A stretch of DNA of 64,000 nucleotides from Dehalococcoidia bacterium (GTDB lineage Bacteria; Chloroflexota; Dehalococcoidia; Bin125). The stretch is from positions 1,601,422 through 1,665,421 of the forward strand of contig OZ244557.1 of NCBI GenBank assembly GCA_965217625.1. The letters are read 5' to 3'. Position numbers and translations under genes: made by a program. The number at the start of each line of letters is the position of its first letter. The first letter of the stretch is position 1. Below are positions 50,987 to 59,471 of this stretch, piece after piece. The notes beneath the pieces were generated by a model that was not told the DNA's origin, made no database searches, and worked only from the letters and a program-made list of their open reading frames with translations.

Positions 50987-51796
50987 CTATTCCTCGACCA
51001 CCCGCTCCTCGAACATCGACGTGCGCCCGCCATCGACGACCAGATCGTGGGCGTTCACGAAGCGGCCGGCGTCGCTGGCCAGGTACAGCGCGGCCTCGGC
51101 GATGTCGTCGGCCAGGCCCGACCTGCGCATCGGGCTCGCCTTGGCGAGGTTGCGCTGCAGCTTCGCCATCTTGCGCGCGTTCTCCTCGTCGCTGAGGGTG
51201 TTCGCGCGCTCCGAGCCGCCCCAGAAGATCGGCGTGGCGATGGCGCCGGGCGAGATCACGTTGACGCGGATGCCGTACGGCCCCAGCTCGACGCCGGCCA
51301 GCTTGGAGTAGTGCGTCACGGCGGCCTTGATCGCCGAGTAGAGCAGGTCCCCCTGCCGGTAGCGCAGCCCCGCGATGCTGGAGTTGTTGATGATCGCCCC
51401 GCCGCCGTTGGCCTTCATCGGCTCGACGGCGTAGCGAATCCCCAGCATCACGCTCGACAGCAGCAGCCGCACGCCCTCCTCGATCTGCTCTGCGCTGATC
51501 GTGTCCAGCGTCGTGCGCACGCCGGCCCCGGCGTTGTTGAACAGCACGTCGAGCTTGCCGAAGCGCTCGAGCGTGGTGTCGACCGAGGCGGCGATGTCGG
51601 CCTCCCGGGTCACGTCGGCGCGCACGTAGACGCAGTGCTCGCCCAGGCGATCGGCGATGCCCGCGCCCTTCGCCTCGGAGCGGCCGGTGATCACCACCCG
51701 CGCCCCCTCGGCGACGAACAACGCCGCCGTCGCCTCGCCGATGCCGCTCGTCCCGCCCGTGATCAGCGCGACCTTGTCTTGCAGTCGATTGCCCAT
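50987..51796 (-). CDS. SDR family NAD(P)-dependent oxidoreductase
   Basis: TGGTSGIG, NNAG, YSAIK, VNVISPG. Confidence 0.93.
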   Translation of the reverse strand: MGNRLQDKVALITGGTSGIGEATAALFVAEGARVVITGRSEAKGAGIADRLGEHCVYVRADVTREADIAASVDTTLERFGKLDVLFNNAGAGVRTTLDTISAEQIEEGVRLLLSSVMLGIRYAVEPMKANGGGAIINNSSIAGLRYRQGDLLYSAIKAAVTHYSKLAGVELGPYGIRVNVISPGAIATPIFWGGSERANTLSDEENARKMAKLQRNLAKASPMRRSGLADDIAEAALYLASDAGRFVNAHDLVVDGGRTSMFEERVVEE

Positions 51797-51860
51797 GCCG
51801 ATGCTCCTCCTGAACGCCGTTCCTGGATACCGCGTCGAGTGTACCGGTGCGGGCGCGGGC

Positions 51861-51995
51861 CCTCACCCCCTCACCCTCTCTCCAATGCGTGGAGAGGGGG
51901 GACCAGAAGCGCATGCGATCAACCCGCCCCTCTGCGAGTTCCCCCTCTCCATTGCTCTGCAATGGAGAGGGGGACAGGGGGTGAGGTTCCTACCG
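51861..51995. repeat. REP-like inverted doublet (CCTCACCCCC...CTCTCC-loop-GGAGAGGGGG family)
   Basis: Two hairpin units in inverted orientation, at 51861-51901 and 51938-51995. Confidence 0.75.
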
Positions 51996-52928
51996 GATAT
52001 TCCGCAGGCGTGGATCGAAGGCGTCGCGGACGCCGTCGCCCACGAAGTTGAAGGCCACCACCATCAGGATAATCGCGGCCGCCGGCCCGAGCATCGGCCA
52101 GCCGTTCCGACGGATCAGCGTCTCGTAGCCGCTCGACACCATGCTGCCCCAGGCGGGCGTGGGCTCTTGCACGCCCGCGCCGATGAAGCTGAGCCCCGCT
52201 TCGACGAGGATGACGCTCGCGGCCGAGAGCGAGGCCAGCACCAGGATCGGCGCGACCACGTTGGGCAGCAGGTGCCGCCGCATGATCCGCGCCGGCGTGG
52301 CGCCCACCGCCCGCGCCGCCTCGACGTACACCTCCCCCTTGATCGACAGCACCACGCCCCGCGTCAGCCGGGCGTAGGCTGGCGACCAGACGATCCCGAT
52401 GATGATCATCGAGTTGGTGATCGACGGCCCCAGCGCGCCGGTCACGGCCAGGATCAGGATCAGCCCGGGCAGCGCCATCACCGCATCGACCATGCGCATG
52501 ATCACCAGCTCGTCCAGCTTGCCGCCGATGTAGCCCGAGATCAGTCCCAGGGGGACGCCGACCGCGATCGAGATGCCGATCGCCGCGAGCACGATCTGCC
52601 AAGCGATTCGGGCGCCGAAGATCGTACGGCTGAGCACATCGCGGCCCTGCGCATCGGTGCCGAGGAGGTGATCCCAGCTCGGCGGCTGGAAGAGCGCTTC
52701 GCGCGTCAGCTCGATTTGCAGCGGATCGGCCGGCGCGATCCACGGCGCGAAGGCCGCCACGATGCCGAAGCCGAACAGCAGCAGCGCGCCCACGACGGCG
52801 GGCCGGTTGCGCACGTAGACCCGCACGATCGGCGCCGCCTCCCGGACCACCCCCGACGTGCGCAGGCGATGCAGCAGACCCGGCCATCCCGCCGGTTCGC
52901 CGCCCGGCGTCTTGACGATCGCGGTCAT
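51990..52928 (-). CDS. Peptide/nickel ABC permease (DppC/OppC family)
   Basis: HLLGTDAQGRD, YVEAARAVGA (EAA loop), HLLPN. Confidence 0.93.
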   Translation of the reverse strand: MTAIVKTPGGEPAGWPGLLHRLRTSGVVREAAPIVRVYVRNRPAVVGALLLFGFGIVAAFAPWIAPADPLQIELTREALFQPPSWDHLLGTDAQGRDVLSRTIFGARIAWQIVLAAIGISIAVGVPLGLISGYIGGKLDELVIMRMVDAVMALPGLILILAVTGALGPSITNSMIIIGIVWSPAYARLTRGVVLSIKGEVYVEAARAVGATPARIMRRHLLPNVVAPILVLASLSAASVILVEAGLSFIGAGVQEPTPAWGSMVSSGYETLIRRNGWPMLGPAAAIILMVVAFNFVGDGVRDAFDPRLRNIR

Positions 52929-53887
52929 GTGCCGCCATCCGCCCCGAGCCGGACGCGCGGATCGAACAGCGGGTAGGAGAGATCCACCAGGAGGTTGACC
53001 AGGATGACCGCGGCGGCGAAGAACATCGTCGTGTTTTGCACGATGGCGTAGTCCTGCGTCTCAACGACCGACTCGACGAACAGGCGTCCCATGCCCGGGA
53101 TGTTGAAGACGGTCTCGGTGATCACCGCGCCGCTGAAGATCAGCCCGGCCTGGAAGCCGAATACCGTGACGATTGGGATCAGCGCGTTACGCAGTCCGTG
53201 GCGGACGAGGACGACCCGCCCGGCCAGCCCCTTGGCCCGCGCCGTGCGGATGTAGTCGTCGTTGAGCACGTTGATCATCGCCGAGCGCGTCTGGCGCATC
53301 AGCAGCGTCGTCGCGGTCAGCGAGATGGCGATGACGGGCAGCGCCATGTGCTTCAGGTTGTCGACCGGATCCTCCCAGAGGGGGACGTAGCCGACGACCG
53401 GGAACCAGCCGAACTCCAGGCTCAACACGATCACCAACGCGATGCCGGTGAGAAACTCGGGAATCGAACTGCCGACGATCATCATTGTACTGGCGGCGAC
53501 CTCCGTCCTCGAGCCCGGCCGCAATGCGGCCAGCACCCCCACCGGGATCGCGACCCCGATGACCACCATCAGGCTGAGGATGCCCAACTCCATCGTCGCC
53601 GGCGCCCGCCGCGCGAAGGTCTCGGTGATCGGGACATCGCCAATCAGCGACCCGCCCAGTTCGCCCTGCAGGGCGTTGAAGATCCAGTCGCCGTAGCGCT
53701 CCACTAACGGGCGATTCAGGCCCGTCCGCTCCCGGAACGCCTCAACCTGTTCGGGCGTCCCATACTGGCCGAAGACGCCCGCCGCCGGGTCGCCCGGCAG
53801 CACGTTCATCAGCCAGAAGACCAGCACGCTGATCACCCAGAGGATGACGAGCGACGAGATGATCCGCGTCGTGATGTAGCGCAGCAT
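52925..53887 (-). CDS. Peptide/nickel ABC permease (DppB/OppB family)
   Basis: LPGDPA, DYIRTARAKGL, HGLRNAL, ETVFNIPGMG. Confidence 0.93.
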   Translation of the reverse strand: MLRYITTRIISSLVILWVISVLVFWLMNVLPGDPAAGVFGQYGTPEQVEAFRERTGLNRPLVERYGDWIFNALQGELGGSLIGDVPITETFARRAPATMELGILSLMVVIGVAIPVGVLAALRPGSRTEVAASTMMIVGSSIPEFLTGIALVIVLSLEFGWFPVVGYVPLWEDPVDNLKHMALPVIAISLTATTLLMRQTRSAMINVLNDDYIRTARAKGLAGRVVLVRHGLRNALIPIVTVFGFQAGLIFSGAVITETVFNIPGMGRLFVESVVETQDYAIVQNTTMFFAAAVILVNLLVDLSYPLFDPRVRLGADGGT

Positions 53888-53933
53888 CGGTGACTAATGC
53901 CTCACTACAACGTTCCGTGACGCCCGCGCGAAG

Positions 53934-53993
53934 AGGGCAGCCACAAGGGCTGCCCCTACATGAATTCGTAGGGGCGACCCTTGTGGTCGCCCT
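53934..53993. repeat. GTAG-family REP inverted doublet
   Basis: GTAGGGGCAGCCCTTGTGGCTGCCCT (minus strand, 53934-53959) and GTAGGGGCGACCCTTGTGGTCGCCCT (plus strand, 53968-53993). Confidence 0.8.
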
Positions 53994-54010
53994 CCTTGGC
54001 ACGTCTCCAA

Positions 54011-56461
54011 TCAGACGTTGTTGAGCCAGACGTACTTGGAGCCACTTCCCCTGGGCAAGCCAAAGAAGGGAATGATCTCGAACCCTTCCATATGCCCCTG
54101 CGTCGCGTACGCGGAGGGCCACTGGAGCTTGTCGATCTGCAGCATGTTCTCCTCGAACGCCTCCCAGACCTTGGCATACAGCGGGATGCGGTCCTCCTGG
54201 GTGGCCGGCTTGGCGGCCGCCAAGACCAGTTCTTGGGTGCGGTGAAGCTCGGCCAGCACTTCGTCGTTGGGATTCTGGCTCAGATCGGCCGGGCCTGTCC
54301 CCGAGCCGTCGGTCGCGCCGTACATTGCCCCCAGGAACGTCTGGAACTGCGCACCGAGGGTCGGGTGGGGGTCGAACGGCGACTCCCACGAGAGCGTCGC
54401 GGTCGTCCAGGGTCCACTCCCCCCTCCTTCAATTTGGAAGTCGGGGATGATACGCGGGACGATTTCCGCAAAGCTGCCCGCGATGAACTGAAGGTCAATC
54501 CCGACTTCGCGCAACTGCGAGTTGAGCGGCTCGGTGACGATGCGCTGAGCCTGGTTGTCGTAGCTGAGCATGATGCCGGTGACCCCGTCGCCGTAGCCGG
54601 CGGCGTCCATCAGTTCGTGAGCCATCTGCTTGTCGTGCCCCGGGAAATAGCTCTTGTCCCCGGGCAACGCCCAACTCTCCGTCGACGTCGGCGCCCGGGA
54701 CGGCTTGCCCGCCCCATCAAAGGCGGCAACGTTCAGCGCGTCGCGGTCGATCGCCCGGTTGTACGCGTGGCGCATGCGCGGATCGCGGAAGACGTTGTAT
54801 CCCTCAGCAGCCGGATTCAGGTTGAACCACCCGTTCGACCAGATCTGATGCGTGTCCGTAATCACCTTGCGGCCGTCAGCTTCCAGCTCCGCCTTGAAGT
54901 CGGCGGGGATCCCCCCGGGCGGGGGGGTGAAGTCCAAGTCCCCATTGAGAAAGGCGTTCAGCGCCGTGTTGTCGTCGGCAAACAAGTGAACCTCGTAGCG
55001 GTCAATGTGGACGTTCTCGCTGTCCCAGTAACCGTCCCAGCGCTCCCCGGTCCAACTCTCGCCCGGCACTTCCTCCACCAACTTCATTGCGCCGGCGCCG
55101 ACCGGATTCGTCGCGACATCGTCGAAGTTCTGCGGCGAGATCAGCAGGCTCGTGCCCGGGTACGCCTGGAAGAAGGACACTGTCGGACCGAAGGGCTCGC
55201 TGTTGACCATCTGCCAGGTCCGGTCATCGGTCGCCGCCATGGTGGCTGCTCTGGCAATCCCTTCCGCGACGAGCCCGACGGCCTCTGTGGCTTGGATGCG
55301 TTCCATGTTGAGCTGCACCGCGTTGGCGTCGACCGGCGCGCCGTCTTGGAAGATCGCGCCGTCACGCATCGTGAAGAGGTAGGTGACGTCGTCGGGAATC
55401 TCGAGTGCGCTCGCCAGCTCCGGCCTCACCGCCGCCGAGTCGTCAAAGCCGAGCATCCGGTCGAAGATGTGGCTGTGGTGGTGCCACGCATGGCCGGAGG
55501 TTACCTGGTGCGTGTCCCAGCCAACGCCGCTTGTCGCCGGATGTACGTGCCGGTGCGTCCGCACTGTGCCGCCCCGGCGGGGGCCGGCGGTCGCCACCGC
55601 CTGCTCCTCCTCCTCTTCCGCCGCCATGGCGGCGCTCTCGGCGGCCTCCTGGGCCGCGTCGGCGGCCTCTTCGGCGGCCGCGACGGCCGCGGCGGCGGTC
55701 TCGGCCGCGGCTTCGGCGACGGCCTCGGCGGTGGCGGCGGTCTCCGCGGCGGTGGCGGCGGTCTCCGCGGCGGTGGCGGCGGCCTGGCCCGCGGCGGCGG
55801 ACGCCTCCCCGGCGGCGGCCGCGGCGGCCGCCGCCGCCTCAGCGGCCTCGTCGATGGCGGCCTGGGCGGCCTCCGCGGTGGCCGTGCCGGCCTCGACCGC
55901 GGCGGCCGCGTCGCGGGCGGCCTGGGCGGCGGCCTCGGCCGCCTCGGAGGCGGCAGCGGCGACGGCCGCGGCAGCCTGATCACCGGCCGCGGATGCGGCG
56001 GCGGCCGCGTCGGCGGCAGCCGCGGCGGCGGCTTCGGCGGCGGCGGCCGCGTTGGCGGCGTCCTCCGATTCGGCCGCCTCGGCGGCCAGGGCCGCAGCCG
56101 CATCGGCGGCGCTGGCCGCCTGCGCGGCGGCGTCGGAGGCTTCGCCGGCGGCGTCGGAGGCTTCGCCGGCGGCGGCGGCCGCGTCGGCCGCAGCGTCTGC
56201 CGCCTCGGCCGCGACCGCAGCTGCGGCCTCGGATTCGGCGGCGCGCGCATCCCCGGCGGCGACGGCCGCGGCGGCGGCCTCCTCCGCGGCCGCGGCGGCG
56301 CGTTCGGCGGCGGCGGCCCCAGCGTCGGGCTCGTCGTCGTCGCCGCAGCCGACGAGCGCCAGCCCGGCGGCTCCAACGCCCGCTTTGGCGCTGGCTCCCA
56401 ACATGGTGCGACGCGAGATCTTTCGCTGTCGCAGGGCGGTCCAATGGTTCCTGGCGCTCAT
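54011..56461 (-). CDS. Family 5 ABC substrate-binding lipoprotein with Tat-like signal and ~240-aa Ala/Glu-rich linker
   Basis: ISRRTMLG twin-Arg motif, LALVGC lipobox, Ala-rich tract, then RRGGT...PELA...F.MRDG..FQDG...NPVGAG...FRDPRMRHA. AAAGGA RBS before the ATG at 56461. Confidence 0.9.
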   Translation of the reverse strand: MSARNHWTALRQRKISRRTMLGASAKAGVGAAGLALVGCGDDDEPDAGAAAAERAAAAAEEAAAAAVAAGDARAAESEAAAAVAAEAADAAADAAAAAGEASDAAGEASDAAAQAASAADAAAALAAEAAESEDAANAAAAAEAAAAAAADAAAAASAAGDQAAAAVAAAASEAAEAAAQAARDAAAAVEAGTATAEAAQAAIDEAAEAAAAAAAAAGEASAAAGQAAATAAETAATAAETAATAEAVAEAAAETAAAAVAAAEEAADAAQEAAESAAMAAEEEEEQAVATAGPRRGGTVRTHRHVHPATSGVGWDTHQVTSGHAWHHHSHIFDRMLGFDDSAAVRPELASALEIPDDVTYLFTMRDGAIFQDGAPVDANAVQLNMERIQATEAVGLVAEGIARAATMAATDDRTWQMVNSEPFGPTVSFFQAYPGTSLLISPQNFDDVATNPVGAGAMKLVEEVPGESWTGERWDGYWDSENVHIDRYEVHLFADDNTALNAFLNGDLDFTPPPGGIPADFKAELEADGRKVITDTHQIWSNGWFNLNPAAEGYNVFRDPRMRHAYNRAIDRDALNVAAFDGAGKPSRAPTSTESWALPGDKSYFPGHDKQMAHELMDAAGYGDGVTGIMLSYDNQAQRIVTEPLNSQLREVGIDLQFIAGSFAEIVPRIIPDFQIEGGGSGPWTTATLSWESPFDPHPTLGAQFQTFLGAMYGATDGSGTGPADLSQNPNDEVLAELHRTQELVLAAAKPATQEDRIPLYAKVWEAFEENMLQIDKLQWPSAYATQGHMEGFEIIPFFGLPRGSGSKYVWLNNV

Positions 56462-56524
56462 GACATGTTCCTTTCCGGTACCCGGCTGTCCCTTTGTGGG
56501 ACCGCTCGGTGCACGAGCTTTCAT

Positions 56525-56584
56525 AGTATAGATCGGGGGGGGGGGGGGGGGGGGGCTAGTGTTTTTTGGTAAACTTTTGGTAAA
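56525..56584 (-). promoter_or_regulatory. Promoter region of the SBP gene: TATACT -10, 21-nt poly-C/G tract, TTTTGGTAAA direct repeat
   Basis: TATACT at 56525-56530 (minus strand); G21 at 56535-56555; repeats at 56564-56573 and 56575-56584. Confidence 0.55.
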
Positions 56585-56629
56585 ATCTTCCTATTTGCCT
56601 ATTGACATCGCGTTTTATGTCGCTTGGGG

Positions 56630-56688
56630 CGGTGGGAAACTCCCCTCCTGGCCCCCTCTCCATTGCAGAGCAACGGATGAGGGGGAAC
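56630..56688. repeat. Third, degenerate copy of the REP-like hairpin, inverted relative to 51938-51995
   Basis: CCCCCTCTCCATTGCAGAGCAAcGGAtGAGGGGGAAC matches the reverse complement of the 51938-51973 core. Confidence 0.7.
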
Positions 56689-56770
56689 CGGAAGGGAAGG
56701 GTCCGCCACCGCCGAGGATGAACGCGACGGCGCAGCGGTGTAGCCTCCTGCGGCGGAGGGCCCACGTACG

Positions 56771-59311
56771 ATGTCCGACTCAGCGCTGGAGAGCCCCGGC
56801 GGGCGCACGCCGGACGCGACCCCGTCCGATCTGCCCCTGTCCGGCGTGACGGTGCTGGACCTGAGCGACGAGGCCACCGCTCAGGGCGCGCGCATGCTGG
56901 CCGAACTCGGCGCCGGCGTCGTGCGCGTCGAGCACCGCGCCGGCGACGACCTGCGCACCCGCCCGCCCTTCCTCGCCGGCCCCGGCGGCCGCGAGCAGGA
57001 GGGGGTCGAGCGGGCGCTGGCGCACCTGCTGTTCAACGCCGGCAAGCGCTCGCTGGCGCTCGACCTCGATCGCGCGGCGGCGTGGGGCGTCGTCGCGCGG
57101 CTGCTGCCCGCCGTCGACGTCGTGATCGGGCCGCTCAGCGTGCGGCCGGCCGGCCGCGCCTTCTTCGCGGCGCTGCGCGACGCCGATGGCGGTCGGCCCG
57201 GCTTCGTCGAGACGGTCTTCCGCCGTGGCGCCCCCGGCCCGGTTGGAACAGATCAGGTGGCGACGGACCTCATCGCGATGGCGGCGGGCGGCCACATCAC
57301 GCTGAACGGCACGCCGGAGGAGCCGCCGCACTATCCGGCCGGGCAACTCGGCTACCGTCAGGCGTCGATGACGGCGGCCGAGGCCGCGCTGGCGCTGGTC
57401 CACGCCGCGCGGGCGGGACACCCGGGCGGGCACGTCGTCGTGAGCCTGCAGGAGGCGGTGAACTTCACGACACTGCAGACGGCCAACGCCAACTTCTGGC
57501 ACTGGCGCAAGGAGCTGCCCAGCCGCCACCGGCGCATCTCCAGCGGCGCGGGCTACCGCAGCCGCGACGGCAAGTGGACGTCGTTCACGGTCCATCCCCC
57601 CAACTGGTTCCACTTCACGCGGTGGGTCGAGGAGACCATCGGCGACACCTCGCTGCGGGACCCGAAGTGGGAGAGCTTGCAGTATCGGGCCGACCACCAC
57701 AAGGACGCCGCCGGGGTCGTGCGGCGGCTCTGCGCGGTGATCGACCAGGCGGAGCTGTGTCGCGAGGGGCAGGCGCGCGGCCTGCTCGTCATGCCGATCA
57801 ACGAACTCGCCGACCTCGCCGTCAACGAGCACCTCGCCGCGCGCCACTTCTTCCACGACGTCGAGGACCCCGTCGTCGGCGCGACGCTGCGCCTGCCGCG
57901 CACGCCGTTCCTGTCCGACCAGTGGGCGTCGCCCTCCCGCCGCGCGCCCGCGCTGGGCGAGCACACGGCCGAGGCCCTGGCGGAGCTCGGCGGGCTGAGC
58001 GCGTTCGAGATCGAGGCGCTGTTCGAGGACGGCATCGCGGCCGGGAGCCGCCCGGCGGCGGGCGTGCCGCTGCCGCCGCGTCGCAGCGTTCCGCCCGCCG
58101 TCGCGCGCAACGGCGTCGCCGATCCGCGGCAGCCGCTGGCCGGCGTGCGCATCGTCGATTTCACCTGGGCCATCGCCGGGACGCTCTGCACCCGCCTGCT
58201 GGCCGACCTGGGCGCCGACGTGATCAAGGTCGAGTCGGAGTACCGCACCGACCCGATCCGCTACATCGGCGTGCAGCCCGGCGAGGAGATGAGCTACGAC
58301 ACGAACGGCCAGTTCAACGACGTCAACGTCAACAAGCGCGCGGTCACGCTGAACCTGAACTCGGGCGAGGGCCTGGCCGCCGCGCGCGACCTGCTGGCCA
58401 CGGCCGACGTCGTGACGTGCAACTACACGCCGGACCGGCTCGACAAGTGGGGCATCGGCTACGCGGGGCTATGCGCCCTCAACCCCCGCGTGATCCTGGC
58501 CAACATGGCCGTGATGGGCACCTTCGGCCCGCTCAAGGACTGGCGCTCGTACGGCAACGGCATCGTGGGGATGTCGGGGCTGGCGGCGCTGACCGGCTTC
58601 CCGGGCGGCGCGCCGCGCGGCCTGGGCGCGCTGCACACCGACTTCACGGTGCCGTACTACGGGGCGCTGATGATCATGTCGGCGCTGCTGCAGCGGGAGC
58701 GCACGGGCCGGGGGCAGTCGCTGGAGCTGTCGCAGTTCGAGTCGGCGCTGCACCTGCTCGACACCGAGCTGGTGGAGTACCTCAACAACGGCGTCGCGGC
58801 GCCCCGGCAGGGCAATCGCTCGCGGCGCTTCGTGCCGCACGGGCTGTTCCCCGCGGCCGAGGACGATACCTGGGTCGCGATCGCCTGCCGGGACGACGCC
58901 GATTGGGCGCGCCTGGTCGAGACGATCCGGCGGCCCGAGCTGGCCGCGATCGCCGACCGGCGCGCCGAGGAGCCGCGCATCGAGGCGGCGCTGTCGGACT
59001 GGACGCGCGGTCGCGACCACTGGACCGCAGCCGCCGTGCTGCAGGCGTCGGGCGTGCCGGCCAGCCCCGTCGAGACGCTCAAGGACCTGCTGACCCGCGA
59101 CGCCGCGATGCGGTCCGACTATCGCGAGCTGGATCTCGAGGTGGGCGTCACGGCGATGGTCCAGGAGGAGCCGATCCTCTGGAACGACGCGCGGCTGCCG
59201 CTGCGTCGCGCCCCGAAGTGGGGCGAGCACACGATGCAGGTGCTGCAGGGCGAGCTGGGCTTCAGCGACGCGCGCATCGCCGCGCTCGCCGCCGACAACG
59301 CGCTCTTCTAG
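56771..59311 (+). CDS. Fused two-domain family III CoA-transferase
   Basis: Two CaiB repeats (PLSGVTVLDL...NAGKRS and PLAGVRIVDF...NVNKR). Catalytic Asp is apparent only in the second (LHTDF). Confidence 0.9.
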   Translation: MSDSALESPGGRTPDATPSDLPLSGVTVLDLSDEATAQGARMLAELGAGVVRVEHRAGDDLRTRPPFLAGPGGREQEGVERALAHLLFNAGKRSLALDLDRAAAWGVVARLLPAVDVVIGPLSVRPAGRAFFAALRDADGGRPGFVETVFRRGAPGPVGTDQVATDLIAMAAGGHITLNGTPEEPPHYPAGQLGYRQASMTAAEAALALVHAARAGHPGGHVVVSLQEAVNFTTLQTANANFWHWRKELPSRHRRISSGAGYRSRDGKWTSFTVHPPNWFHFTRWVEETIGDTSLRDPKWESLQYRADHHKDAAGVVRRLCAVIDQAELCREGQARGLLVMPINELADLAVNEHLAARHFFHDVEDPVVGATLRLPRTPFLSDQWASPSRRAPALGEHTAEALAELGGLSAFEIEALFEDGIAAGSRPAAGVPLPPRRSVPPAVARNGVADPRQPLAGVRIVDFTWAIAGTLCTRLLADLGADVIKVESEYRTDPIRYIGVQPGEEMSYDTNGQFNDVNVNKRAVTLNLNSGEGLAAARDLLATADVVTCNYTPDRLDKWGIGYAGLCALNPRVILANMAVMGTFGPLKDWRSYGNGIVGMSGLAALTGFPGGAPRGLGALHTDFTVPYYGALMIMSALLQRERTGRGQSLELSQFESALHLLDTELVEYLNNGVAAPRQGNRSRRFVPHGLFPAAEDDTWVAIACRDDADWARLVETIRRPELAAIADRRAEEPRIEAALSDWTRGRDHWTAAAVLQASGVPASPVETLKDLLTRDAAMRSDYRELDLEVGVTAMVQEEPILWNDARLPLRRAPKWGEHTMQVLQGELGFSDARIAALAADNALF

Positions 59312-59471
59312 CCCGCCATCCGTCCCCCGTCGGGCGGCCGCCCAGTGCGATCACCGCACAGTGCGATCACGGCGGCGTCGTTTTTACCCCGGCTTTTCGC
59401 GCCCCTGCTGACAGACCCGCGGGCATGTTGCACAGTGTGCCCCCGGTGCGGTGAGGGGTGCTGGAACACCT

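Noticed and set aside
56602-56607. Perfect TTGACA -35 hexamer
   Set aside because: No acceptable -10 at 16-18 bp downstream, so it is not called as a promoter.
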